Position numbers and translations under genes: made by a program. Under the pieces are notes generated by a model. That model was not told where the DNA came from and made no database searches. It saw only the letters and a list, made by a program, of their open reading frames with translations. Positions 29,740 through 40,632 of a stretch of 64,000 nt of DNA are shown here, one piece after another. How positions within the stretch are numbered: position 1 is the stretch's first letter; the number at the start of each line of letters is the position of its first letter. The stretch covers positions 1 to 64,000 of the forward strand of contig ADNK01000550.1 in assembly GCA_000320545.1 (NCBI GenBank), given 5' to 3'. This stretch comes from Bigelowiella natans CCMP2755. Taxonomy: Eukaryota > Protista > Cercozoa.

Positions 29740-30489
29740 TTACACGGTTTTTTGTTTGTCTGCTCGACCGGTTATGCTTTGGCGTGAAAAGCGACCGATA
29801 TATGTTTGGAATTTCGTACAGAGTAGTGGGATGTTGTCGTAAATGTAGACGCAGAGCGTGATGAACAGGCTGCACAGCAGACAGGCACCTATGTCGAGCA
29901 GCATGCGGATCAGGCATACCCGTAGCACCGCGCGCGTGGTCAGCACTCTCATGAAGCACAGCGCAGCGGTCTCGTAGCTGCTCGAGGGTGGAAGCAAGCT
30001 GTAAAAGAACGCGGGCATCAACGTCGTGGACGTGACTTCGTATGCGCTGTGGTGCAGGGGCTCACCGAAAACGAACGCGTAGACCGTAGCTAAAGGGTCC
30101 AGATTTGGGCTGTTGCACCAGGCGGCATGCTCCAGGACCCCGAGAATCAGCGTGTAGTGCATGTACGCCGTCCGCGACGTCTTTATAAAAACAAAAGCCA
30201 GAGCGATGCGTTTGGTTGTGAGAGAGTCTAATTTAATGACGAGCTCGCGCGGCGCCCAGAAAGAAGTAATGCTTTGCGGAAGGAGGTCTCTGCTGGAGAG
30301 ATCATCCTCCTTCTCGCGCCCTGCGCTGGAAGCGAAAGCGTGAAGTGAATCGGCCGCGGCGGAGTCTGTGCTCGAATTCAACTGATCCGACACAAGCGCT
30401 AAGTCGACGAGTATCGCCTCGCCACACCGACACAGAACGCCGTTGGTTTGTGTATGCACGACACGAAAAAAATTATGCATTGTATACAC
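29740..30489 (-). CDS. Hypothetical membrane protein
   Basis: 249-aa ORF with a hydrophobic C-terminal segment. Confidence 0.6.
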   Translation of the reverse strand: MYTMHNFFRVVHTQTNGVLCRCGEAILVDLALVSDQLNSSTDSAAADSLHAFASSAGREKEDDLSSRDLLPQSITSFWAPRELVIKLDSLTTKRIALAFVFIKTSRTAYMHYTLILGVLEHAAWCNSPNLDPLATVYAFVFGEPLHHSAYEVTSTTLMPAFFYSLLPPSSSYETAALCFMRVLTTRAVLRVCLIRMLLDIGACLLCSLFITLCVYIYDNIPLLCTKFQTYIGRFSRQSITGRADKQKTV

Positions 30490-30534
30490 TCATCAGTCAC
30501 ATCGAAATTTGTGGTCACATGCATTGCAAGTCTA

Positions 30535-32970
30535 TCATTGGGTTAGGTCAGCGTAAAAACTGTTTGTCTTGGGGTCGATCGATAGCCGGCCGCTCTTGCT
30601 ATTGTTCAAGGACTTGCCACGTGCGATCATCAGCATCGAACCAAGCGAGTTTGAGCCAAGCAGGTCCTCGGCGATCGCTTCGATGTTGCACGTCGCGCCC
30701 GTCTTCTCCATGGCGTACTTGTAAGTCGCAAGGTACGCTTTGCGGAAGTTTGTGGTAGGGTTGAGCGGGGAGACCGCGTGCGGGAAGAGCCCCTTGCTCA
30801 CGGCCGCGTGACGGTCTGCGGCGTTGTGGTCGAACACCTTGAAGCCTCCCGAAGCGCTGCGCTCCCCGGCCATCTTCCAGGTCGGAGCGGACACCATGTA
30901 CTTGAGCTTGCTGCGGTCGACCACCCAGACGAGCTTGTCGTTGTTGGTCATGTGGATGTGCACGACGTGCTTGGGTAGCACCGGGATGCTCAGGCCGATG
31001 CTGCTCATCGACTGAAGCTTCGCGCCGGTCTTCATCGCGAGTTTGCGGCCCCCTGCGTCGGCGCGGATGCAGGTTCCGAGCATCTGCACCCCGTTCTGGA
31101 CGCTGTTCTCGGTGAAGAGCTGTCGCATCTTGAGGTGTAGCGCCTGTGGAGGCGCGTAGCGGTACAAGCCGTACCCGTCCGAGTAGCGCGTCATGTCGAC
31201 CACCGCAACGGACTTGGCGCTCTCCGAGCGGCGCTTGCCCTTGTTCATCGAGAGGACGTCGTAGATCGACTCAAGGCTCGAGTGCGTGATGCCTCTGTTG
31301 CTGGCGAGCAGTGGGAAGGCCATCTTGGTGCGCACCTGCCCGATCTTATAGTTACCCATCGCAGGGCTCGATTTAGACACGCAGTAGTTGACGCAGTCGG
31401 TGTAGACCCCCATGATCTTGTTGTGCGTCGCGTGGCTGAACCCGAGCGATAAGGAGTACTTTGGACCCCAGCGTTCCAGGGCGCCGTCGAGTCGTCGGAG
31501 CATTCCCTCCTCGCTCAGAATGTCGAAAGGGTTCTGCGGGGAAACCTTGGCATCGACGTAATCCATTTCCATCTTGAGGTAGCAAGCGGTCAGGTCGATG
31601 TCGAGAGCGGCTGCAACTGGTTTGCACTTGTGCGTCGCGGCGAAAAGAATGTTCTCAGCCTTGCTGTCTGTTTTTGCACTCTCGACCCGCTCAGCGATGT
31701 CCTTGCGCAGCAAAACTTTGGAGTAGAGGTCGTTGTAGGTTTCCCTGATCCTTTTTTTCGATAAAAAATCCACAAGCTTCTCATTCAAAACATCCAAAAC
31801 ACCATAATGTGGAAAATGTGCCACAAAATTTGTAGGGTTGTTTGTGAATTTGTTGAGAATGCTCATGTTTGGTTTGATTCGAATTGACGTGACCACATCA
31901 AGCAGATGCTGCAAACTATGTTGTGACGAATTTGCTTCGTATTCTTTGGCTGTGAAACTTTTTGTGGTTGTTTCAAAACTAGTGACGTTACCAGCAAGCA
32001 CATAAGCTGCTTTGCCAATTTCTCCTAATTGATTATTTGCAATGGGCTTCTCTGATGTTCCATTTGCCGTCGAATTAAGAATTGTTAATTGCTCGACTGC
32101 TGTTGTCTGGGATCGATGATTTTCGAACAGAGTGCCGCTTTTGATGTAACCAGTGAGTTGGGAGTCAACTTCACCGACAGAAGTATTTTTTGCATCGGTT
32201 TTGAAACCGTAGTTGTGATGGTTCCAGCATTCCGTTCGAGGAGTGTTTGGCGCGACGGCGCAGCGTGCGAGCTCGGGCATCAGGAGGATGTCCTTGTACA
32301 CTCCCAGCCAGTAATTTCGTAGCTCTGTCTGTTCGGCCGGATCCTTGATTTTACAAAACGCCAAGAAATCCTTGAAACGGTACAATTCGCCTGATTTTCC
32401 TATTGTGTACGGAATAGGCTGGTGTTGCAGGATGAACCCTTCTTTCCCGATAGCGATGTCGTGCAGGCGCTGCATGGCGCGGGCCTCGCCCTGTCGACTG
32501 AGTTTCCACATGTTTCGGAAAAGGGGATGGAAGGAGAGAAGCATGTAGTTGTTCTCGAATGGGCCGTTTGCGTTGAATGGCATGAACACGGTGTAGAAGA
32601 ATTTGGCGGCTGGCAAATCTTTATTATCAAAAGCTGAAGTTTTTAATCCATTGGATGAAAAGGATTTCAAGTGGCTGATTTTGCGCTTTTCCTTGCCGAA
32701 GACACCGGTCACGCTCGTGTTGCCGTTCGGTCCATTGATGGAGTTGTTTGCGAAGATCTCGTTGAACTTGGTTTCGTCGATGTGCACCTCTTCGTTCTGA
32801 AAGGTGAGCATGTTGTTCATGACGAATTCGAAGTACTGCTTGTCCGTAAGGGAGCATTGTCCGCGGTAGACTTTTTGGTTGCAGCTCGCGTAGACGGAAT
32901 GCAGGTCTTTGTTCATCAAAGGGTTGCTGGTGCACGGGGTTGATTTGAGGAGTGTGGATTTACCTCTCAT
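30535..32970 (-). CDS. Large hypothetical protein
   Basis: 811-aa ATG ORF; mosaic GC content. Confidence 0.88.
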   Translation of the reverse strand: MRGKSTLLKSTPCTSNPLMNKDLHSVYASCNQKVYRGQCSLTDKQYFEFVMNNMLTFQNEEVHIDETKFNEIFANNSINGPNGNTSVTGVFGKEKRKISHLKSFSSNGLKTSAFDNKDLPAAKFFYTVFMPFNANGPFENNYMLLSFHPLFRNMWKLSRQGEARAMQRLHDIAIGKEGFILQHQPIPYTIGKSGELYRFKDFLAFCKIKDPAEQTELRNYWLGVYKDILLMPELARCAVAPNTPRTECWNHHNYGFKTDAKNTSVGEVDSQLTGYIKSGTLFENHRSQTTAVEQLTILNSTANGTSEKPIANNQLGEIGKAAYVLAGNVTSFETTTKSFTAKEYEANSSQHSLQHLLDVVTSIRIKPNMSILNKFTNNPTNFVAHFPHYGVLDVLNEKLVDFLSKKRIRETYNDLYSKVLLRKDIAERVESAKTDSKAENILFAATHKCKPVAAALDIDLTACYLKMEMDYVDAKVSPQNPFDILSEEGMLRRLDGALERWGPKYSLSLGFSHATHNKIMGVYTDCVNYCVSKSSPAMGNYKIGQVRTKMAFPLLASNRGITHSSLESIYDVLSMNKGKRRSESAKSVAVVDMTRYSDGYGLYRYAPPQALHLKMRQLFTENSVQNGVQMLGTCIRADAGGRKLAMKTGAKLQSMSSIGLSIPVLPKHVVHIHMTNNDKLVWVVDRSKLKYMVSAPTWKMAGERSASGGFKVFDHNAADRHAAVSKGLFPHAVSPLNPTTNFRKAYLATYKYAMEKTGATCNIEAIAEDLLGSNSLGSMLMIARGKSLNNSKSGRLSIDPKTNSFYADLTQ

Positions 32971-33344
32971 GCTGTTCTATTCTTTAACACAATCTGATCA
33001 GGGGTGTATTTGTAGGGTGTGTGTGTGCTGTGATTTGGATGTGTCTATGCTGATCACCTGGTGGAGCTCCCGAGCTTTCTGAGGACCGGCTACCGAAAAA
33101 AATGATGTTGACTTTTTAATGAGAAGAGAACGCCCAAAAACCTGGACGGACCCCGTGATTTTATTAGAAATGTTTTTTTCCCTCCTGACCCTCTGAGGCA
33201 CTCTAGAGGGCCCCAAACGCCTCGCAAATCGTTCTGACGATACAAAAAGAGTTGCCGCAACCCGATCTGACGGGAACAACCGTTTGTCGCGGCCACAAGT
33301 GTCCGTAAACACGACCAATTCTAGTCATCATCATTCCATAAACC

Positions 33345-34094
33345 ATGAGCAGCAGCAGCAGCAGCAACACCAACAATGACGACAGCAGCAACCGGCAGGA
33401 CATCAACATCGAGGACGTGCAGCACCGCTGTGCCGTGACCACGAACGCCTTGTTAGACTCCTCCATTGCGCAGTCCAACCTTGCCCAGAGCAGCAACGGC
33501 AGCAACATCCTCGGTGTGATCGGCGTTTCGCAACAGTACATAAACGCCCATTCGACAACAAACACAACGATCGAGAACAGAGACGATGACGACACGGTCA
33601 GCGTGTCGAGCAGCGGCGGCAGCACGGACGGCGGTGACGTTGCGGACGGCTGGAACCCTGAGATGGAGACCTACGATGAAACCGAACTTGACAACGAGGT
33701 CCGGTACATGGACACGGTAAACGATGTCGACACCCTCGACCCACTAGATACCCGTAACCACGAACAAACAATAATATCCGAGTTTGAGGCCCCGGCTGCG
33801 ATGTGCACCCGTAACCGTCTGCGACCTCGCACTGTGAACTACCGCGTGTTGAGTGACAGCAGTAGCGATGAAGATGAAATGGAGGTGCAACAAGTTCGTG
33901 GTCGTCGTCGCCAGTTAGTGTCATTCGGCAGCCAAAGTCGACAGCAGCGCCTCATCGACCGGGAGGCCATAAATGACCCTGACTACTGCCCCGATAGCCA
34001 CAGCAGCAATTCATCATCGGCTGCATCTGACGATGAAATGCAGGACGAGTATGCTGAGCTTTCCTCCAATGCCACTGACGACAACGAGGTTTGA
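33345..34094 (+). CDS. Acidic low-complexity hypothetical protein
   Basis: 249 aa, S/D/N-rich, RLRPRTVNY motif. Confidence 0.75.
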   Translation: MSSSSSSNTNNDDSSNRQDINIEDVQHRCAVTTNALLDSSIAQSNLAQSSNGSNILGVIGVSQQYINAHSTTNTTIENRDDDDTVSVSSSGGSTDGGDVADGWNPEMETYDETELDNEVRYMDTVNDVDTLDPLDTRNHEQTIISEFEAPAAMCTRNRLRPRTVNYRVLSDSSSDEDEMEVQQVRGRRRQLVSFGSQSRQQRLIDREAINDPDYCPDSHSSNSSSAASDDEMQDEYAELSSNATDDNEV

Positions 34095-34167
34095 CGGTCA
34101 AAGCACGCCGAGGACACTTGGATTGCACGTACGTGCTGCATGGCAACACAAAATTCGAGCGTCAACG

Positions 34168-34665
34168 ATGCCATCATGCGACGTGCATTGTGTGTTAGTG
34201 AAAGAGGAGGACAGGTTGCAGCAGCTCATCGCTTTGCATCTCGATGGGGATGACGACCGTGATGATCTGCGAAAATGGATCACAAAGAATGTACATTACC
34301 CGTCTGTGCAGACGATGGAGAGCTCCGTGCAGACGAATGTTTTTGCACTGGATGCAAAAGAAAGAGAACTAGTCACGATCTTCGAGCACGACACCATGGT
34401 TGAGCTGCACGGGGCTCAGGCGCGTAGCCTTTCTGCAATTTTAGGGGTGTACACTGAGCTGCTCGAGGACTTTGGATTTGCATTCATCGGCACGCGTTTC
34501 GTGTTCTGCAAAGAGTCGAGCGGTCTACGCGCGGTCGAAACTTTTGAACGAATAAGGAAAAACGTAAATGTTTGTGGTGTTGACCGGGCACGCATGCACG
34601 CATGCAAGCGGTTCGCATGTCCCGAGCTATCATGGCGCGTGCACATAACAACAAAAAGCGCATGA
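34168..34665 (+). CDS. Hypothetical protein
   Basis: ORF 33973..34665, likely start MPSCDV. Confidence 0.65.
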   Translation: MPSCDVHCVLVKEEDRLQQLIALHLDGDDDRDDLRKWITKNVHYPSVQTMESSVQTNVFALDAKERELVTIFEHDTMVELHGAQARSLSAILGVYTELLEDFGFAFIGTRFVFCKESSGLRAVETFERIRKNVNVCGVDRARMHACKRFACPELSWRVHITTKSA

Positions 34666-34721
34666 TGCATTTTCAACAAAGTTTTGGTGTAAATATATGC
34701 AACTAAGAAAAACGTTTTCAG

Positions 34722-35291
34722 TTATGCTGTATCTGTAGTAGTGTCATCAGTGCTTGTTTCCGCGTTCGCATCATCCTGTGTCGGGGGGGGCGGAGGCGAC
34801 ACCATGACCGCATCACCAGCCGTGTCTGTGACAATTGGGCTTGTAGGTGCTGGCTGCTCTGCATTGGTTGTATCTGCGTCCGTAGCATTAGCATCAGCGT
34901 CGCCCGATACGTCCCCGATGATGTCCTCATCGGCAGCCGCCGCGGCGTCGTCGCCTACAGCATCGGTGTCATCCCCGACTGCCCCCCCGTCGAGCCCCGT
35001 GTCACATCCATCGTCGCATTTGAGCTCGTCGTCATCCCCTTGCTGTTCTTCTTCCTCGGTCGCTTCCCCGCCAGTGGAGGAGGGGAAGATGACAGCCGCT
35101 ATGTCGGTCAGCTTCTTGAACTCATCCGAGGCCAGCTTGGAGTTGAGGTCATGCAGCTCATTAATTGCTTTGCTAGTGATGACCTTCATGCGTTGGTATT
35201 CGTGCACGAGAATGGTCGCTGACCGGAAAAGGAAGTAAGAGAGTGTAACAATCGAGAGAGAAACGAGGATACACAATGTGAGGACCAGCAT
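34722..35291 (-). CDS. N-terminally anchored acidic membrane protein
   Basis: TM segment LVLTLCILVSLSIVTLSYFLF, coiled coil, D/A/T-rich tail. Confidence 0.75.
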   Translation of the reverse strand: MLVLTLCILVSLSIVTLSYFLFRSATILVHEYQRMKVITSKAINELHDLNSKLASDEFKKLTDIAAVIFPSSTGGEATEEEEQQGDDDELKCDDGCDTGLDGGAVGDDTDAVGDDAAAAADEDIIGDVSGDADANATDADTTNAEQPAPTSPIVTDTAGDAVMVSPPPPPTQDDANAETSTDDTTTDTA

Positions 35292-35429
35292 GGTCTTGGA
35301 TTGGGTTTTGCAATTTCGAACAAGCGCAGCAAGCACCGAGACACAGAAAAAAACTCAAAGAAAAATAATGACGACACAAGAAAAATTAAATGGGCGTTTA
35401 TTTGCAAAACATCAAAGCTGAATGGACAA

Positions 35430-36809
35430 ATGCCAAAAAAGAGTAGTTCAGGCAAAGTATCAAAAAAGAACACAACTGTTGAGATAAAAGTTTCCCTTTC
35501 AAAGAAAAAACGATCCAAATCTTACGTACCGGCCTTCGCGGTCAACCACCATGCAGACCAGTTTAGGACGCAGCTACTCATCCATCTTCACCTGCAAAAC
35601 ATGCAGCAGAAACTTTGCCAAGGCTCGTGCGTTCTTCCGTTCATGGAGGGCAACATGCACACAATGCACAAGTCATCGAGCGGAGTGCACAAACGCAGGG
35701 GCGAAAGCGCCGCCAAGCACACCAAACGTCGTGAGGATGCTTTGAAGGCGGTCCTGGACTGCATGATGAGCGACCGGCTCTCAAACCAACTGTGTTTCCT
35801 GTTGCAGCACAGCACCCCAAAGAAGAGAAACAAGAAGAAAGCAGAAATACTCCAGATCACGAGCGTCCACGTCCAAAACATTCCTGAAGAGCCCGGCTTC
35901 ATCCCCGTCAAGTGTGATCAGAAGAGCATACTCAAATCGAAGGCGCTACAGAGCCGCACCTCGGACATCGGGGTCGTGGCGGGGAGCGTGCTTCCCAAAC
36001 GTGAGGCAAGTGTTGTCAAAGGCATCTGCCGCAACAGTCAACCCACATTGCTCGGCGCTCGCTCGGACGCCTACTTGGTGTATTTGGAGTTTGAACACAA
36101 CGAGGACGACGATGAAAATGCGGTAACCTCGGCGCACAACCACGCCCTTCTGGTGCACAAATACAACGGACGTCTTGAGATCTTCGTGTTCGAACCGTAC
36201 GGCCTTGATCACGATGCCCCGTCGTACGTCTGGTGGGGCAGGGAAGCCAATGTTGCGAAATACAAAGATGCGATCATGCGCTTTGTGTCAAACATGTATG
36301 GTGAAATAGCATCCAGACGCGCGAATCTTACCTTCTCGTGGGAAACCACCGACCCGACTGAGAAGAAGAAGAGGAAAGGAATGCAGGTGCAGACTGACAA
36401 GCACATCGTCAAAGACCTGGACCCGAATGGATACTGTTCCTCGTGGTCGATGTTGTTTATGCACTTATTTGGGTTTCGGGTCCTGCGCGAAAGCAAGTGC
36501 TTCCTTTTTGAAAATTCTCACAACGTCCAGACAAACATAAACAACTCTCTTCTGTACAGCGTGGAGGTCTGTCGCAAAATCGTGCGCGATCTCAACGATT
36601 TGAGTGTGAACAAACGCACCACCCTCATACGCGCCTACTCGCTGCAGATGCGTTCCTTCTCTAATTACATCAAGGATCAAAACCTTGATGCCGACCTTGC
36701 GGCGCGCTCCAAAACAAAGAATGGGACCTCTGTAGGCGAGCCAATGCGCACGCTTTTTGCGAACATCAATGAAACCATGTACGAGATCGAAAACCTCATG
36801 ATGCTATGA
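35430..36809 (+). CDS. Putative cysteine protease (CE-clan/Ulp1-like, giant-virus type)
   Basis: HALLV...FVFEPYG...MQ...D.NGYCSSWS gives His-Glu-Gln-Cys catalytic order. Confidence 0.7.
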   Translation: MPKKSSSGKVSKKNTTVEIKVSLSKKKRSKSYVPAFAVNHHADQFRTQLLIHLHLQNMQQKLCQGSCVLPFMEGNMHTMHKSSSGVHKRRGESAAKHTKRREDALKAVLDCMMSDRLSNQLCFLLQHSTPKKRNKKKAEILQITSVHVQNIPEEPGFIPVKCDQKSILKSKALQSRTSDIGVVAGSVLPKREASVVKGICRNSQPTLLGARSDAYLVYLEFEHNEDDDENAVTSAHNHALLVHKYNGRLEIFVFEPYGLDHDAPSYVWWGREANVAKYKDAIMRFVSNMYGEIASRRANLTFSWETTDPTEKKKRKGMQVQTDKHIVKDLDPNGYCSSWSMLFMHLFGFRVLRESKCFLFENSHNVQTNINNSLLYSVEVCRKIVRDLNDLSVNKRTTLIRAYSLQMRSFSNYIKDQNLDADLAARSKTKNGTSVGEPMRTLFANINETMYEIENLMML

Positions 36810-36896
36810 CGGTAATTTTTTTTTGTGATGCGAAGTAGGGTATTTCTTTTTTGCAAAGCTTGATGGCAAATCAAAAAAAAACAAACACACAACAGA

Positions 36897-37112
36897 ATGA
36901 GTAGCGTGTACACTGCTGCGTTGATGAGTCAAATGTGCTGTCCAAGCAAAACACCCGCGTGCAAGCCATGCAGCCCAATTAGCGGGTACTTGCGAATGAA
37001 AGCAATTGCCTCTGTTTTAGAACAGAAAAGCAAGAAAGGAAACAAGAAGTTCATTAGTGATGATCTTACAAAATATTTAATACTTAAGAAATTAGGTGCA
37101 CCCAGATGCTAG
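36897..37112 (+). CDS. Small Cys-containing basic protein (possible paralogue of 43410..43721)
   Basis: Shared Q..K.G.KK...DL..Y.....LG pattern. Confidence 0.55.
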   Translation: MSSVYTAALMSQMCCPSKTPACKPCSPISGYLRMKAIASVLEQKSKKGNKKFISDDLTKYLILKKLGAPRC

Positions 37113-37131
37113 AAACTCATGCATGCCTCCA

Positions 37132-37593
37132 TTAGTGTTTAGCTGGTTTGGCTGCGGCTTTAGCAGTGGCGCCTGTGGCCGTGGCTGTTGTTTTTGCCAC
37201 GTCGTTCGTGCTGCTTTTGTTTGTTGAAGCGATAGTGACGTTTAGTTTTCCGCGTTTGGAGCGCGTGCTTCGCTGTCGACTGACCGGCCGTGGTGTGGTT
37301 GCCTTCTCCTTGGTCTCCTCAAGCTGCTTGGTCAGCTTTTCGATCAGCTGTGTGCACTGCTCATAGTTTTTTTCTAATCCCTCGATTTTTGTTTTGAGAA
37401 CCGTGATTTCGTGGCTGCGTTTCTTGTCTGAATCAAGCAACAATTGAACGTCACTCACGATTTTGGGTGTCGGCAGCTTCACATCTACGCTTTTCTCGTC
37501 TAAGGAAGAAGTCGGGGCGTTCACTCTCAGAGTGGAAAACGTGTTTGATTTTGTTTCAAGCGGGGCGTAAGATGTGCGTCGGTAATTTAACAT
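37132..37593 (-). CDS. Coiled-coil hypothetical protein
   Basis: 153 aa with heptad segment. Confidence 0.75.
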   Translation of the reverse strand: MLNYRRTSYAPLETKSNTFSTLRVNAPTSSLDEKSVDVKLPTPKIVSDVQLLLDSDKKRSHEITVLKTKIEGLEKNYEQCTQLIEKLTKQLEETKEKATTPRPVSRQRSTRSKRGKLNVTIASTNKSSTNDVAKTTATATGATAKAAAKPAKH

Positions 37594-37736
37594 GCTTTAC
37601 ACGGTAACAATTGCAGGTTTGCACGTAGAAACGATGTTAAAGTTTGGTTTAGGGCATTCTAGATTGTCGTAAAAGATGATGTACACAAAAAAAAATCACT
37701 TACAAAATGCTTCTGCGCGTGTGTGTGGACCTGCAA

Positions 37737-38876
37737 TCACACCCAGAGCGTGCCGAAGCTGTAGCGCTTGTTGTCGTAGGGAGCCGCACTACCGTCGTCA
37801 AAAGAAGTGTGCAGAACATTTGCGTCGACCATGGTGACAATGCATCGGAACTCTTTTATCAGGTTCTGTTCGATGCTTTGGATGCCCCTCTGAATCACGC
37901 TGTTGTAGTGCTGAAGCATTCGTTTGGTCCAGAAAGACATGGGGCGAATCACCGCGGTTGTTTTGGTGTCCTGCTCCCGAAAGTGTTTCGGTAGCAGCTG
38001 CGGAAATGTCTGTGTATTTTCTTTGTGGTAGGCTCCCCGTAGATTCGAGTTGTACTTATTGGCGTTGCGCATCGCAATGTCGCATTCGGTGTTGTGCATG
38101 TACACATCATGGCACATCTGCCCGCTGTGCACCCATCGCCATTGCACGTCTATCAATCCGAAGAGAACGACAATGGGGTGCAACTTGACAACGTGTTCGA
38201 GCAGGCATTTGAGCTTTCGCACAGAGGCCTCGAGCCCACTGCTGCTTCCCGTGTGCTCTTTCGTGTCGATTGTGAACAACACACAACTGGCTTCGCGCCT
38301 CCAGACCGTCTGCAGGTTGAACCCATCAGACCGCGATGATATGTACCGCAATTGCTCGCGGAGGCTCCGCGTAAAGATCTCCGGGTTCTCAAGCATCTCA
38401 TTGTTTCGTAGGCATTCCAAGTTGACGAGACTCAACTTGGCACAATCCATGCAGCAATCCAGGAGTTGCTCTTTAGGATTTCGGATGTCGTTGATGATCA
38501 AGCACTGCCTACAAAACTGCAGTTGCTCGCGCACCCGGACACTACCCTCTTCGCAGGTGGCAAAGCGCGAACACCGAACTTCTTCCTCGTCGTTTTGTTT
38601 CTGCTCATTGCTCGAGACATCACAGGTGTACACCTGAACGATGTCGAAATCTGCTTTCTGCTCGGATGACTCTTTCCATTCCGACGCCCACACACACTCG
38701 CTCAGATTGGTTTTCTTCTCAACGCCAAAGACCGGGAGTTTGAAACGGCTCTTCTTTAGCAGATCGCAGATGCCCGGAAGATTGATGTCCATGCAGCAAC
38801 GCTCGGCTTCTAAGCGGTGCATTGAATTTTTCCGGTCATTAATACGACTTTGCATGTCGTTCAAACCCCAATACAA
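37737..38876 (-). CDS. Cys-rich hypothetical protein
   Basis: 379-aa ORF, CRQC and CMDC pairs; start uncertain. Confidence 0.75.
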   Translation of the reverse strand: MYWGLNDMQSRINDRKNSMHRLEAERCCMDINLPGICDLLKKSRFKLPVFGVEKKTNLSECVWASEWKESSEQKADFDIVQVYTCDVSSNEQKQNDEEEVRCSRFATCEEGSVRVREQLQFCRQCLIINDIRNPKEQLLDCCMDCAKLSLVNLECLRNNEMLENPEIFTRSLREQLRYISSRSDGFNLQTVWRREASCVLFTIDTKEHTGSSSGLEASVRKLKCLLEHVVKLHPIVVLFGLIDVQWRWVHSGQMCHDVYMHNTECDIAMRNANKYNSNLRGAYHKENTQTFPQLLPKHFREQDTKTTAVIRPMSFWTKRMLQHYNSVIQRGIQSIEQNLIKEFRCIVTMVDANVLHTSFDDGSAAPYDNKRYSFGTLWV

Positions 38877-39139
38877 CCAATTTAAATTTTGTTTTCCTGG
38901 CCTTGTTACACTGCAAATGCACGTAGCAATGTTCTAAGGTGTCTGTAGTGCACATCATTGCAGACCCAAAGCTTCTGTTTTGAAGACAGCCTGAAAAAAA
39001 GTTTGAGTGCTTTTAACAAATTTGCGGTATGTGGGGTCTGCAGTATTTTTTTCGAATAGCTACGGCTGTTGCAAAGACCAAAACCCACGTGCACAAGCCT
39101 AAGTTTTTCTCATTTGTATCATCATCATCATCAAAACTA

Positions 39140-39988
39140 ATGACTAGATCAAAACCAGTCATGACCAAAAAAAACAAATCGCCGACGAGCACGTACATAA
39201 GAGACTGGTGCAATCGCAATCGGCACCGAAAGAGCATCAACAAAGCCGCGGCGGTTGCTGCTGCGGCGGTATCCGGTGCGGACACGACGCCGAGCCCACC
39301 ATCGACGCCTCCCTCCGTCTCTTCCACGTCCTCCCTGTCTCCTTCGTTTGTCCTTTCGCCGCCAGTGCGGAGGACCATCCAAAAAAGGAAACGCACGTAT
39401 GCAACCACTGAGAGGAAGCACGAGCTTCGCATTTGTCCTAAATGCAATTACGCGCTGCCTGACACGAAAGCGAATTTTCCGTCGTCAGGACACAAATGCG
39501 TCATTTGCGCTGAAACAAAAACGCCTAAAGATTCAAGTAGTCCCTCGCCAGACAACAGTAGCGCATCATCTGGCGATTCGCCGGTTCTCCGCGGCAAAAC
39601 AAACGTTTTCCGCACATGCAAATCGTGCAAGATGACAATGCCCTTGCAGCAAAATTTTGAAATTAACAGCACAAGCATGCGCGGCACCGTGTTTAGGAAG
39701 TGGAAGTGCAAGTCATGCCGCAAGGTGGAGCAGAAACAACTTGCTAAGATTAAAAAGAACATCAACATGCAAGACTATTACGGGAAACCGTGTTGCATAT
39801 GCCATCGCAAGATGACGAAAAGGGGTTCCATGCGGGCGACACCGGACCATTGTCACGAGACAGGCACAATGCGGTCAGTCATTTGCAACGATTGCAACAC
39901 TTCGATCGGAAAGTTAGGTGACAGTGTAGTCATAGTTGGCAGAGCGCTTCAGTATTTAGAGTTCTACCAATCAACGGAGCAAGAATGA
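39140..39988 (+). CDS. Endonuclease VII-family (HNH-like) nuclease with zinc ribbons
   Basis: C.IC...DHCHETG..RSVICNDCNTSIGKLGD...ALQYL; upstream CPKC/CVIC/CKSC pairs. Confidence 0.9.
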   Translation: MTRSKPVMTKKNKSPTSTYIRDWCNRNRHRKSINKAAAVAAAAVSGADTTPSPPSTPPSVSSTSSLSPSFVLSPPVRRTIQKRKRTYATTERKHELRICPKCNYALPDTKANFPSSGHKCVICAETKTPKDSSSPSPDNSSASSGDSPVLRGKTNVFRTCKSCKMTMPLQQNFEINSTSMRGTVFRKWKCKSCRKVEQKQLAKIKKNINMQDYYGKPCCICHRKMTKRGSMRATPDHCHETGTMRSVICNDCNTSIGKLGDSVVIVGRALQYLEFYQSTEQE

Positions 39989-40004
39989 CTGCATGCGCAC
40001 GTGC

Positions 40005-40520
40005 CTATCCCGATGATAGACAGACATTTTCACTGCTCATCAATGCGTTCATGGCCAGTAGCTCGGATTTCCGAGCCTGGTCACTCATTGTCGCTGGTTT
40101 GAGCTGCAACTCTCCCGACCCGTCGCTACTGAGAGGTCTGAATTCTGTGCGCGCAATGCTTCTTGTGTTCTTATCGGTTGAACGCAGGAATGGATGCCCT
40201 TTCGCTGCGTTTGTCCCGGCACAAACCTTTAGCGCCTGCAACGGTACTGCTCGTCCGGGTGCGAGTGGGGGTTTGCTGCTGCCATTGGGTTTTGTGCTTC
40301 GTCGTTTTGCTTTCATGCGTTTCTGGGCGCGCACAGCAGCGCCTAGCAGGATGATTTGCCCCTTTTCCAACTCCGTGACTTTGTTGAAGAGATAATAGTT
40401 GAGGTAAAGACCGGCTAGAATGCAAAACAGAGCGACTCCCATGAACAGCCTGTAGCTGCTCGAAGAGCCAAGGCCCGACACGGCATTCTGAACGAAACTC
40501 GCTATGTACGCAAGAACCAT
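40005..40520 (-). CDS. Hypothetical membrane protein
   Basis: TM segment LFMGVALFCILAGLYLNYYLF then basic tail. Confidence 0.55.
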   Translation of the reverse strand: MVLAYIASFVQNAVSGLGSSSSYRLFMGVALFCILAGLYLNYYLFNKVTELEKGQIILLGAAVRAQKRMKAKRRSTKPNGSSKPPLAPGRAVPLQALKVCAGTNAAKGHPFLRSTDKNTRSIARTEFRPLSSDGSGELQLKPATMSDQARKSELLAMNALMSSENVCLSSG

Positions 40521-40632
40521 TTTGCACTACAAACCCGAGACAAGACCGGGAAATAGATGCTCACAAAAAAATATGTGCACACATCTATCAAAATATCTTT
40601 TGCAACGGTGTGATGTGCATGGTTTGACAGCG

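Noticed and set aside
31741-32230. Intein or intron in the 811-aa gene
   Set aside because: No intein terminal or LAGLIDADG motifs; the frame is continuous.
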